NCBI RefSeq assembly: GCF_000150275.1
Contig: NW_002060951.1
Coordinates: forward strand, 2,180,297 to 2,244,296
Length of the DNA: 64,000 nt
DNA from: Trichoplax adhaerens
Taxonomy: Eukaryota; Animalia; Placozoa
Reading direction: 5' to 3'
Notes under the pieces: model-generated
What the model saw: the letters and a program-made list of their open reading frames with translations, nothing else
Database searches by the model: none
What the model was told of the DNA's origin: nothing
Shown: positions 26,550 to 39,672 of the stretch, piece after piece
Layout: every line of letters begins with the position of its first letter
Position numbering within the stretch: position 1 is the first letter of the stretch
Made by a program: the position numbers and the translations under genes

Positions 26550-26886
26550 AACAAAAATAAAACTTTAGCATATGATAGTGTGAGATGTATTCGTTAAGAG
26601 GATCCAGATGTAGCATAAACCTTGCTATAAAAAAAAATTCATAAGTGGGACTTATGAGAAAAATTTGCAGCATTCATACTAACTTCAGCTTTTTTCCTAA
26701 CAGCAAGTAACGACATATTTTCATCATTTTAGTGATCTTTCTGGGATATGCCTTAGAATTTTCATTCACACCCTTCTGAACCATCTTCTGCTGTACCATA
26801 TTCTTACGATATTGTAAATCGACTGCTGGATTGGCAATAATGCCTAGAGAATCGCAAAGTCCAACAAAAAGGTCCGTTTGTGACAT
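26550..26886 (-). pseudogene. Highly decayed fragment (TM1-TM2) of a third LGR-like GPCR paralog
   Basis: LCDSLGIIAN matches TCGSLGILFN and LGFIAN of the neighbours; a TM2-like FFIA...IHLTL follows across frameshifts; splice acceptor just upstream of the ATG as in the paralogs. Confidence 0.4.
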
Positions 26887-29857
26887 GATATAACTTTTGG
26901 CTAATAAAAATTAAGTTACCCTTCTGGACAGAAAATCGATTTTTGCGTTTATTTAAATAGGTGTTACATATATTATTTACAGCGATAAGTTAAGATACCA
27001 TAATGAGCTAAAATTTATTATGATAGCTTTCTGTAAGAAATTACATTTTATTCTACCTGAATAGAAAACAATTATATTTACTCATCCATAATTTAAGTTT
27101 AATAATCTATCCTATTGGTTGAGCTTTATAAATTAAATTAGAAATTCAGAATTTTTGAAATATTGCGAAATAACATTGTTTGATCGACTTCTGCATCATT
27201 TATTCAAAGAATAAACCATTCATACAGTACACAAAGGAATCATTAATTATCATTACTTCCATAATTATTTCATTCGCAGTGACATGCACCCTTACATTCT
27301 ATAAAGCATCAAAGGTTATCGTACGTAAAGTCATTATTATAAGGTATCAAGCGATTGTATACAGCGCTGCACAGTGTTCTATACAGTATTTAAATTGTTA
27401 GAACAATGAAAATAAACTTAATTTTACGTGATACATATACAAGCAAACTACAAAATTAATTCAACTAAGCAAATTTTATACCTAAATATATATTTCGATC
27501 ATTACTAAATTTGCACACCTAATTCATGATCCATGTAATGAATCGACTTTCCCTTTTGTATTTCTCACTTTTAGTTAATGTACGTACCGATGCCTCATTT
27601 GGATAAAATTTAAAAAGCATGGCAAAACTTTCACAAATATATATAGGTTTAATTACTATCATTTAAATAAAAATTATAGGAAAATTATTCTAATAATCGA
27701 CTTAATTGGAGGACGGTCAGATAGATCAAGTATTAAATTTCGGTAATTTCCTCTATTGTTCATCCTTTATGCCGTGGACAAAAGCTCCAGTACTTCCATA
27801 TAGTGAATTCATCTGTCTTACAAGCCCAATTTTTATTTAATTTCATATTTATGTGCTTGCAGTTTGGACTAGATCCGACTGGACTGTGCCGAGGACTACT
27901 TGCAGGATATGTAAAACTACCTATAGACAATTATTTATTCCCACAACAGCCTAAAAGTGACGGCAATACAGGAAATTTTATATGATGCTTTTGAATAACT
28001 TACTGCATAGAATACTAGAAAGTATTTAAGTTACTATCGTACTCAGTTGATTCCACTGTTGTATTTTTTAGAATCTCGGATCAATTTTCAGTTTCGTATT
28101 GCTATTGTTACCCACATTCACTGGATCATAGTTTGTTTCAGAAGGGTCAAAATTTAAATCAAACTTTTACTCTAACTTATATTTTATACAATTATAGACA
28201 GATCTAGAGTAATTCGATTAAGGTATAATATAAAATATCGCAAAACTTGTATTATGCCAGATTATTCTTTCCTTGAACTGATTCTACCTTATGCAATAGT
28301 AGCTATTTATATTTTCTCTCTAGGACTAAATGTGTTAAACATTAATGACGATTGTTGATGGCAATTTTACATTAAATTTTATTCCGGCAAGGAGCAGTCA
28401 CTGATATCGTTAAAAATGCATGAACGTAGTGAGCAAGAACATACAATTATCTAGTCAATTAATAACTAATTTTATAGCTTAAACTATCAAATTTTCAGTA
28501 AAATAGCTTCCTTAACAACCTATCGATTCATTTTTCATTACCAGTAAATAAAAGATACATAAAGCTACTAAACCTTTACAACTTATAAAACACATTCATA
28601 TACGAGTACAGACAAAAATATATACAGTATAAAATGAGCTTTATAGCTTAAAGCATTCGTTGCAATCGTAGCTAAGAATTATGTAAACAGACCAATATCG
28701 CAATTGAGTATGGTATAATTAATCGATGACTACTGATCTGCAGTGTACTCATTAGCTTCAACTTTCATTTATATCAGTTTACCGTCGCTCTTTGAAACAT
28801 TGGTATATAAAGATTATAATTCTAATATATGCTGTCAACAATTTTTCAAATATAACATTAGATCGTAGTAATTGCTATACCTATTCCTACTCTAAGACAA
28901 TCTCTCGATAAGTCATCCCCAGTTATAGCATATTAACAGTTTATAGCTTTATGATTGATTAATTATTGTTGAAAACTGTACTAGTAACAGTTAAACAATG
29001 TAATAAGTACTGTACATTTCTAGGTCTCAAACTGATCTCCCTCCTTAAGTAATCAGTGTTTTATAGCCCATTTCTTAAATACGTTGACAAACATGGTTTG
29101 TCGGACGATCTTCTTGGTCAATTCTTCTTACAGTGTGATCTAGTTCTCCCCTCATTATTCATTATTAAAATTCCATCATCAAGTCGATAAAATATACCAT
29201 TCTTAACATTGCCGGCCATATAAATTCTATTTTCCTGCGCAGATATATGTTAAAAATGAAAGAAACTTAAATTACAACATCAAGTATGTACTGAATATAT
29301 TGAGCTTTACCAACAAGAATTTTTCTTTTAGAACTGCGTATAAGAGCTTTAAAATTTTATGGTTGTATTTTAGATTACTTAAGTTGCAACTGATATGATT
29401 CGCAGGTTCTTGTTCATGGTCTCCTAATTATAACAGGATTATTAGCTTTTCTATCCTTGTACAATCAGTTGGTAACACTAAAGACCAATGGTTCTTAAAA
29501 AATTTTATCTGCTAGAGTATATTGCGCCACTCTGAATTCAATACAATAAGAACCATTAATAATTCACTTCTGTTAATTAATTGAAGTTAGAATAGAGATT
29601 TTCATGGTTTCTAAGATAAGCAGGTCGTTCATTCCAATAAATTCTTAACTTTATTCATTTTATAAACTTATGAACACTTAAAACATAGACTAATACTATG
29701 AATGGTAAAGTGCAAACGGGTTTATAGTAGAATAAATTACATCAAACACAAATAATAAATTCACAATACTACAATTTTCCATATATTTGAATGATTATAT
29801 TATAGTACATTAAGCAGCAAAAATTTTCTGAACCTTACTGTAAACATACTTTTTATT

Positions 29858-30938
29858 TTATGTATTGCTGTATCTTAAAAATGTCGGATACCAGTACAAA
29901 ATAAGAAAAATCATTGGATTGAATAAACAGTTTGCTGGGAAAAGAAGGGTGATAAATACACCAAAAGGAGCAAATTTTTCATTTTTATAGCCATCATAAC
30001 CAAGAGTATAACCAAAAGAAATCACTGTGACTGGCATCCAACACAGGATATTCGTTATCGTAATTAGTCCAGTTGTCAAAATTACGCCTCGATCAATTTT
30101 AGTCGAATTACTTTTTGAATTTTGTATTATTGCTCTGATTTTACCGAAGTATCCAGTTTTTCTTAAATTATAACCTATTGCTATATACAATATACTAGTT
30201 GCTCCATATATAATTACGGCAGAACAACCGGATAAGAAAATATAAATCTGAACGTCTGAATTGCTGATATCGTCAATAAGACAAAGATCATGATACCAAT
30301 TCACGATACTAACATTTTTCATAGTTACATCAGTAATATAGCATGCAATGGCACCTAAAATACATGATGTAAACCATATTAGGACACAAAACAACAATGC
30401 GCGCTTGAAATTACATTTCAGCTGAAATTTTAATGGATATACGAGCGCAACGTATCTGTCCAAGGTGATAAGTAATGTGGTTTGACATGAAGCGGTTGCC
30501 CCAGTAATGGAAATAAAACGTAGCACAGTGCACTGGGAAGCTTCGAGCCCAACGTCGATGACTGCGACTAAAAGTAAAGTTATAAGACACACTAGTTCCG
30601 GCAAATGTTTGATTATAAGTTGCACCTACACTTATGTCCGCAATACATAATACTAGCAAATAAATCGATGAAAGCATATCGGCTAAGCTAAGGCTCAAAA
30701 ATAAGGTGGCTGCCACTTGACCAAGCTTACACTGGTTATTCATTTTCTTAGACATAGAGATTGCCAATGATCTATTCCTTTCAAATTGAATTTTTATCAT
30801 ACTAGCAATGCGGCTGTTGATCTTACGCTTTCTTAAATTTTGATAATTAATTACAACAACCAAAATGTTAAATAAAATTCCCAATGACCCACACGTCCAG
30901 CACAGAACTCTAGAAGGTGATGAATTTAAAATAGCCAT
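29858..30938 (-). pseudogene. LGR/relaxin-receptor-like 7TM GPCR with a single +1 frameshift (recent pseudogene or sequence error)
   Basis: ORFs 30938-30411 and 30625-29858 join into one 359-aa protein if one T at 30538-30539 is removed (WARS-SQC). Motifs: SRVLCWTCGSLGILFN, LSLADMLSSIYL, ITLDRY, TNILCWMP, FPANCLFNPMIF. No LRR ectodomain. Confidence 0.85.
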
Positions 30939-33855
30939 TATAATTATATTTTATACTGAAAGGAGTATAAAGATTTGCTATTTAGGTATAGTAGGTTATG
31001 ATGCCAAAAAATCTTGAAGTGAATGGTGTTAAATTCATTTCTATAGAGAGCAAATTGAGTAATTGCCGCAGTTTATTAAATTTTGATCAGATTGAAACGA
31101 TTTGCCTTCTGTTAATTTATCAACAGCACCAATGCCAGGGACTACTAAGCATTGGACTAATCAAATTTTTCTCCTTATGAATCTCTTCCTGACTACGGTA
31201 ATGCAAATATTATAAAAGTCCAATGCTTTTAATACTAAAGTTATCATTAATTAGAGGAAAGGTTTATTCAAATAGAATACATACGTATAAGGATAATGAC
31301 ATACGAATAGTAAGTTATTACTATGCATGGCGTTCTTAGTTATAAATGCTACTATATAATAATTGCAAGTTTCATTACCAGCTTTTATCAATACATAGAA
31401 TTGCCTATAATTAAACTTGAAGTAGATAATTAGTTTCCGATAAAATTCATTGTGATTCAAGTAAAAACAATACCAGTTGTCTCTACAAGTTTAGAGAGAT
31501 TTTTACAAGTTCTGTCTACCATCAGATGATTATAATTCAGAATACACTATTACAAAGGGACTGTCACTTTCTGCCAAATAGTTTGTAATAGTTTTTAACA
31601 CTAGTATTACTAAAGGTCATTTTCATCTATTAAAGGTCAATCTAAAAACGTGCTTCCACATTTCTAAACTATTTATAAACCGTAACTATCCACCTGTCAT
31701 ATTAATCTGTTAACAAATGTAATTTAGAATTGAAAATAAGAGGTAATGTCGATCTCGAATCTTCTTCCACACGCAATGTACAGCAGTTTACATTAAAAAA
31801 TTAAAACCCTGCTTTTACTTACGTAGTTCGCTAAATCGCGTTTACAAATAAATACATACAATACAAAAATAAATAGAACAGCAATATAATTACAATTGTT
31901 TCAATTATTCTCTCTTTTATTATTATCTTCTATATTTTAATAAAACTAATTGTATGTAAGCATCTGCAGAGCACAAATCCCAAAGTAAACGATAGAAGAT
32001 TAATATTACATCACGATAACATTTAGTTTCAGCTGGATACAAAATTTTAATCCCATATAGATAAAAATGTTAATAAACCAAAACAAAAATTTTGATTTTT
32101 ATTATTCGAGAAATCACATATATAATGGCTTCTGCAAAATTTACGAGAACTATCTTCATAGCAATTCGTATACTGTTATTAAAGTACTAAATCTACCTAA
32201 TTTTAGTTTAAATAAATAATCTACTCTATGCCATTAATCAAATCCTGTTGGCAGTCTCCTATATTTGAAGAAAAAATGTCCTATTCAAAGTTCTAACATA
32301 TTTTTTGAGTTGTTCGGAGTAGTATCATATACATTTTCTATACCAATTTACTATTGGGTTACTTTATACTGTAAGCCACACACGCTTATAAAATAACGTG
32401 CGCTCCAGGGTATTAAAGGGATTGGGTTGACTAAGACTAAGGACTACAGTAAGCGTATAAATAAAGAAGTGTTGCCTAATACAACATTTGGTTAATTAGT
32501 TCTTCTCTATTCGAAATTAGATGCCATTCATCTAGCCATAAATCACTACCACTTGAAATGTCTCGTAAAAGAATCAGCGATACTTTCTGAAAATATCAGT
32601 TTACGTGAGTGTGAGTAACTTGCACAGGATAAGGTATTAGTGGATACCGGTAGTTAATTAATGATGATGAAGCGACTCATCTTACTGTGCTATTTGGAGT
32701 ACGTGATGTTTTAAGGTCGCGGCTAATAGCTTTCATTTGTTCCCTCATAATTGGAGTTGTTTTGTCTCCGAGCAATATATTTTCAGAAAGCATGTTTACT
32801 ACCGCTGACATTTATGTATATTATGAATCAAGTAATAGCTAAATCCCAGTTGATATTTCAGTAGAAAACATCACGTGATGATTTAAATATACAAAAAAAC
32901 TAAAGTGGCAACAATTTTAGATATGAATATGATTACCTAAACGTTCATAAAAGTGCCCTACTTTTGTAACTTAAACTTGAGTTAGATATCAATGGCAATC
33001 TAAAATGATATTAATAAGACTTACTGAAATAGGTTTAGGTGACGTAAATATTTAAATTATGTATTAGTGATTCTCCCAGGATTAGTTTCACTCACTTTCT
33101 ATAATTAAATGACGAAACATGTTAAGACAGTAAGTATTATCCATCAATATGTATTTACGAGAAGTATTGTAAGCTGAAATCTTCTGCAGCTGACTGCGTA
33201 CGTGAATAAGTGTATCTACAACAGCTATAATCGAATATCTAGCCAAAGATTCGAAAATATTGCTTTCAAAAATTTAACTTGTCAGTAGACTTGTTAGCCT
33301 ATGTTTCATACTTACGTTACGAACGAACTTTTTATTTAAGAGCCGTAATAAAGTTATCATGTGATAGATTATCTAGAAATGTACTAATAATTAATTAATT
33401 TGTGCACGTAACAAAATTAAATACGCGTAAATTGATAGGCTTTCAATCAAGTTCGGGTTCACAATTTAGTCTGAATATTAGAGATATATAGCTTTTAGTG
33501 ATCTCCTGACGATGGAAGATTGTGCGTATTTTGGCTTTTGCCTAGGCGAATACTCCGAGAGCAGGCCTAACAGTGAGCTTATTGTGATTAATTTCCTACT
33601 ATACAGTATTTTAGATAGTTGCTAATTTTCTTCAATAATTAATATAATTAGTTATTGGATAATTAACTATTGAATACTATAGCGTTTTTAAAATAAATAA
33701 AAATGCAACCGTAGGATCATCCTCAATCTTTACAATCGGTTGAAATACAAGCATTTTTACATCATATAAAGCAACTAATACTAATACTCAGTCATCGTTT
33801 ATAAATAGTGACCTAATCTTTGCAGATTCATTATATATTGTTACGATTAAGTAGC

Positions 33856-34421
33856 TGTAATATATACCGATCACGAAATTCAAAATTTTAGAAAAATAAG
33901 GGCTTTATTGAATCTTATACAAAGATTAACTACACACAGCTCTACTCTGGCCGAATACTACTACTAAAGACTTCTAGAACGAACTAACAGAATAATCTAA
34001 AGTTGCATGCTTTTATACTTTTCGTAGCATTCGCAGCTGCAATCCGCACGGCAACCTTTTAACTTATTTTACATATACTTAAATTATTCTTAGTAACACT
34101 ATTCTACTGCGGACCATCATTAATTTGATATCGATACGACTACAGTATTTATGTAGACATTATTTACACCAGCCAAAGTACAATGAATTAACCATATCCT
34201 AATATATGATTTACAGTTCTATTTTTATCTATAACCTTATTAGTAACTCAACACCTAACTGTATATAGTCATCTGTACTCTAGCATAGAGTCTATACCAC
34301 TACAGTCTATAGTTACGGCTACCAAATATCTCTTAGGATAAATATAGAAGTTACGCACGCTACCGTATATTATACTAAACATGGCTAACAGTCTACAATC
34401 ACAATACTAAATTATATTACA
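33856..34421 (-). mobile_element. Solo LTR (family E)
   Basis: 9-bp perfect inverted ends TGTAATATA...TATATTACA; perfect TSD GTAGC (33851-33855 and 34422-34426); minus-strand TATAAAA (34011-34017) then AATAAA (33904-33909). Confidence 0.88.
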
Positions 34422-34561
34422 GTAGCATATTCAATAGCTTTTATGAACTTATTATCAAATTATATCCTAAATGGGGTACGATAAACGATAGCTGGTCTGA
34501 AAATGGGTATTACTATCACGCTTCATTGCCTAGCCCCAGTTATTATTATTAATATATACTA

Positions 34562-34592
34562 CTAGTACAAACTCCCGTCGCTTTGCTGACGG
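34562..34592 (-). mobile_element. Helitron-like 3' terminus
   Basis: Minus strand reads CCGTC-AGCAAAGC-GACGG (GC hairpin), then 9 nt, then CTAG|T, the canonical Helitron 3' end; 5' end not identified. Confidence 0.45.
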
Positions 34593-37112
34593 TTTATCGA
34601 TAACAACCGCTATAAGAAAATGTAACAATCAAAATGGCTATGCAGAAAACTCTATAAAGATTCTATGTTTATTCAATTTTTCATCAGAGTATTACATCGA
34701 ATCAAAATTTAAAGACCCAGTCGCCACCCTTAGCAATATAACGAATACTATTTTAATAATCAGTACTCTGCAGAAATGACTACCTTAGAGCTATTCGTTT
34801 TACATGAAGAAATGTTGAGGTAAAAAGTACTGTAAGAATCTTATACTGACCTATTGAAATAAACCCATAATCAAAGTCATCTAACAGTAGTATAAATACC
34901 ATCCCTCACTCTGAGCCAATCATGCGTGATTTATTGAGACACACTGATGTCGCTTATCGAGGGGCCCTGTAGTCTCACTTAAGGAAGGTAATCCTCACAC
35001 CGCTAGTCTGCTCGGGTCTAGCGTGACTGTTTTATTCATCACTACCGGAGCCTCACTATAACCTACTTTCCTACAGTATCTTAGGTTACTCTATATCAAT
35101 TTGCAATTTTGATGCAAGGATTAGAACATCGTTATCGTCGCTATTTAAAAATAAGTAAAAATCAAAGAATTTTTTTAGATAAATTTGTGTACTTCACCGC
35201 ATATTTTATTATTTATTAAATGAGCTTATGAGATTATTTGCAGGATCAGTCTAGTTACATTTAATTTAAAAGCCACTAAGATTAAGCTATACTTTCAAAA
35301 CCGACAAGGTTGAAACCTTGATCAAAATACAAGTATCAGCGTTGTTGATGAGCATCGATTATATCTAGCTTTTCACTATACAACAATTATCAGGTACTAT
35401 AAAAATCGAATAAAAAATGACAAAACGGGCATTTTATCATTAATAGCCATTTAAGATACTGTTTACTGTAATATACGCAATTGGAAAATAGTGATGGAGT
35501 TACTTGATTTTTTCAAACACCATACTAACTAAAACAAAGTCAAAGCTTTTAATCTACATGTGAATGATGATCTGACCTCGTCACTGAATCTTCTCGTTCC
35601 TCTATGCTTACTGTATACAACCCAATAACCTTATGTTTGCATGTACTGTGCAGTACAGAGTCAATGCGCCGTATGTAACGTTAACTATTACTACTATACG
35701 ATAATCATTTGTATTGTTTTGTTGGCCAAGTTTTTGATGCTATCAATGCTATAAGAAAATAAAGAATTAATACTACGTGAAATCCCATCGTTCAAATAAT
35801 GATAGTAACCAAATTTTCTTCAGCCATTAGAATAGCACAAATGCAGCTCGAGACTTTTACGGATTTTAAATGGCTTTATTTAATAGAGCAAAAATTTTTA
35901 TTGAGAAAAGCTCAGAAATATTGGTTCCAATCTTGCTCCAATACATTTTTCGGTAATTACAGATTAGTAACTAATACTCTCCAACCACTACATGATTTAC
36001 CTAACAATAATTGCTACAGTATCTAATATACGGTACGCGTAGTAGGCCTTTCTATTCTACATATGTTTTAGATGTGGCTGTCTTAATTGAAATACAATCG
36101 ATTACTAAACTGGATACTAAATTTTTGCGTGTCAGCAATTTTAAAGCAAGAATTAAGACATAATTACTGTTTCTTAAATTCGAATTACGAAATAAAGCAA
36201 ATACGTACGTATTCGTCATTTTTGACGGAAAAAGGGCTGGAAATCAAGTCCGTCCGTAACACTGTAAACCGTTTGTCTGTACGTACTGTATGTACAGTAG
36301 TAGCAAAATTTACGATAATTTCTCATGAAACAAAGTCTGCATCTATCGGTTTTAACACAGCGACAGCTAAAGGTATACGCAGTAGCGCCAGTACAAACAT
36401 CTCAAATCAATATCATCCTTCGACATAAAACGTCATGAAAATCGCAAGTACAGCATAACACATAGGAAGGTTGCCAATTATAATAATAATAATTATATCT
36501 ATCTATATGGTTATTTTTTTATGACAGTATGCTCGCAAATGTTCAATGTATAAATAATTATAATTAGTTACTTAAAGTCCTCCCCGTATTAATTAATTAA
36601 TCAGACTATTTTAAGAAGCTGTTAATGCCCAATCTAGGAGCCGGTAATTAGATATTACGTAAAATACTATCATATCAGAATATGTGACATAATTGAAGAT
36701 TTGAGGCAATGTACGTACGAATAAGCACGGTACGCGTATTTCTGTTCTTATTAATGTAGTCATCAATAATCGTTCGTACTTCGTACTATCGGTTGTCTGG
36801 AAATCTAATTTAAGACATGATCAGTTCATTGTATGCTATATTCATAATAGTTATAAATCGTGCTTCATGGTACAAACTCTCTTTTAAAGTTAAAAATCTA
36901 ATAATTATGTATTGTTACTATACAGTATACTGTATGATACTAAAATACAGATCATGCACTCTTGATCTCTACTCGCAAATCGCTGTGACACACTGCACAG
37001 TGAAATCACCATTGATGATCAGTACCAAAACAGATACTCGTGAATACGATATCCTGCATAGTGAATTGCTTCGTAAATAGGCTTGAAAGCGAATAGATAA
37101 ATCGGGTATCGA

Positions 37113-37752
37113 TTACTGATTGAATCCGGTTATTGCATGAAATTTATCCACCACCTCAGAATATTTTAGGTTGGAGGTATTAATGCTATGCTTAGTACCA
37201 TCAGCTAAAACAATCCAAAAAAGTAGATAAAGTCAGAATTTTGATTTTAATTAACGCTATAAGAGAATTAATTAAGACTTAAACTTGCTGTTCTGATATT
37301 GTTGCAATACGATTACAAAGTTTGAAATACATCTAGGACACATACATATTACTGGATTACGATACGTGTAATAGAATAGTCATAGCGTAGTTGAAGTTTA
37401 CAGATACTTTATTTGACAATTAAAAAAATCATCTTACATAAAGCAACTTGGATAGTTGGCTCGGAGTCGTCATTCTTCACCTGAGTGCGAATGATACACT
37501 TAGTGTTGGATTCCGCAACCTTCTTCCCAGATAGACATCGTAAAAACTCTCTGTCAAGAAGATATATCGAATATAAAATGGAAAGTGTTAGCCTGTTAAT
37601 ATAACAAAGCAGTTAAAGTAAAAATACTAGTGCAGTAGAGCATCTGCAAATACTCATCGAACAGACCTTGCAGATTTCGATCTCAAATCAAAACTGCAAA
37701 ATGATACGTTAATTCTACCAGCGTTAGTCAAATTGATCAATCGTGCCGACAT
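37113..37752 (-). CDS. MRPL53: Mitochondrial large ribosomal subunit protein mL53, 96 aa
   Basis: Exons 37752-37667, 37550-37438, 37204-37113 with compatible phases give MSARLINLTNAGRINVSFCSFDLRSKSAREFLRCLSGKKVAESNTKCIIRTQVKNDDSEPTIQVALSDGTKHSINTSNLKYSEVVDKFHAITGFNQ, matching the mL53 pattern VxFCxF...RxFL...SxKV..N..C......D.SEP...DG. Absent from the ORF track. Confidence 0.9.
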
Positions 37753-39672
37753 TTTAAGTTCACAACTAAATCACAACTACGGTATCATTAGACTAAAGAA
37801 ATCAAGCAGGGGCTTTTACACTACTGTACACTGGTGCAATCTCCTTAACTTAATCAACCCGTAAAGAAAGCAGGAAACACGACTACAACAGCAGGTCGAT
37901 CGAAGCTTTTACTTAGACTTGTGCAGTGTGCAATCTCCAAATACTGTACAGTACTGTATTGTAGATTTGCCTACCGTACAGTACGTACTGTACAGTACTG
38001 TACAGTACAATACTGTACTAGTACAGTAGAATCCACGCTGTGTACCAAACACTGTACTGTACAGTACAGGGTGTGGAAAGTCATTTGATATTTAAAGTGC
38101 CATTTAAATGACAGTACTGTAGGTACAGTATGAGTTTACGAAATCTTTACAATATCTTGTAACAGTCTACCATTGACCACTAGTACTGTACTTGTACAGT
38201 ACAGTGTACAGTATTCCATCACTGTGCTACGGTGCAGGCTGTGCAGCTGTGCAGTGTGCAGTACAGTACAATATCGTCCAGTGACGTCCAGTGTCAGTAA
38301 TCTCAGTATCATGGATTGTAGTACTAGATGCATCTGGTAGTCCATCGATCAGTGTCAGTACATATAAGTGCTCCATATAGTGGGCAAACTCTATCATGGA
38401 CTATATTCCTAGATGCCTCTGGAAGTTCATCGGTCAGTGTTAGTGCATACTGTATGCTATTATTGCTATCCATGAGAGCAAGGGAACGCATTCCAACTAC
38501 TGCGCAAACTCTATCATGGACTATAGCATCAGACGCATCTGGCAGTCCATCGGTCAGTATCAGACTGTCAGTACATACTGTAATGCCGTTACTCCATCAG
38601 AGCAAGTGAACGCACTTTTACTAGTGCGCAAACTCTATCAACTACGCGCCAAAAATCTTGTTATGAATTCACTAACTGCACTCTGTCGGTTTATTTAATT
38701 AATTAATTAAAAGTGTGGCGTTTTAATATGGTGATAAACTTACCACGGCGGTGTACAGTACAGTACAGTACTGTACTGTAGCATGTGTAACTATACTACA
38801 GTGTACAGTACTGTAGACGCGGTAAAACCTACTGTTACTACAGTACTGTACAGTACTGTACTGTACTGTACTGTACACTGTCGCTGAAATACTGTACAGT
38901 ACTTATCAGTAAGGTACGGTGTACAGTACCGTATGTGCAGTATCTGAACTGCAAGAAAGCAATCTGAGTCATACTGTACTGTACTGTACAGCAAGTCTGC
39001 AAATTGTACAATCTTTCGACGCTTTTGCACTTAGCAGGACCTACAACTTTGACGAAAAAGAAATCAGAAAATTGGCTTATTAGCCTATTACATATATACT
39101 TGATCCTATATTTACCATATTTTATAGTTCATGGTAAGTTAATTAATTTGTACAAAGTCTGTTCTTTATGCTTGCCCGATATACTGTTGTATACTGTATA
39201 CAGTGTGCAGTACAGGCACTGTTCAGACACTAGAGCTTTCAGCCATGTTTTCATCCTGCCACTGCCCATCGCTGACGATAGCTGCATTTCCAAGGAATAT
39301 TTGTTCTCGTGGTCCAAATACTGACATAATCGTACCTTTTGAGATTCTATTTTAATTGATCACTTATGAAGTAGACAATATCTACGGTATTTAGATGCGC
39401 TTTGTTTTGAGAATCATAGGAATTAACGTAGGAACCTATCATTTAATCATAATAGTTTTGTAATCCAGAATATTGATTCTTTTCGAATTTCCTGAGTGAT
39501 TTACAGAACTGTGTTGTATACTTAGATAAGCAAACTTTTAAAAATATTATAATGATTTTCTGTTGTATTGCCTTAACATGGATGCATGTAAAATAAAACT
39601 ATATTAGCACATATTTAAGTATAATCCTTTGGTTTGCATTTATACAATAGCGCAAAGCGAACACATGAAAAC
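37753..39672. promoter_or_regulatory. Bidirectional promoter / 5'UTR region between MRPL53 and SSRP1
   Basis: Head-to-head start codons 1.9 kb apart; dense TACTGTA/TACAGTA blocks at about 37940-38270 and 38750-39215 flank a central tandem repeat. Confidence 0.7.
38306..38640. repeat. About 120-bp degenerate tandem repeat (about 2.7 copies) with internal palindrome
   Basis: GCAAACTCTATCA at 38384, 38504 and 38628; each unit contains ATGGAyT...AGAyGCmTCTGG.AGTyCATCG. Confidence 0.85.

Noticed and set aside
27862-27985. Exon-like GC-richer piece FGLDPTGLCRGLLAGY
   Set aside because: Isolated; the implied next intron is only about 39 bp and no homolog was recognised.
38306-38640. CRISPR-like repeat-spacer array
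   Set aside because: Whole 120-bp units are homologous, so there are no unique spacers; eukaryotic context and no cas genes.
38136-39324. ORF-track ORFs rich in YCTV/TVQY
   Set aside because: By-products of stop-poor TACTG repeats in the promoter; no protein-like features.
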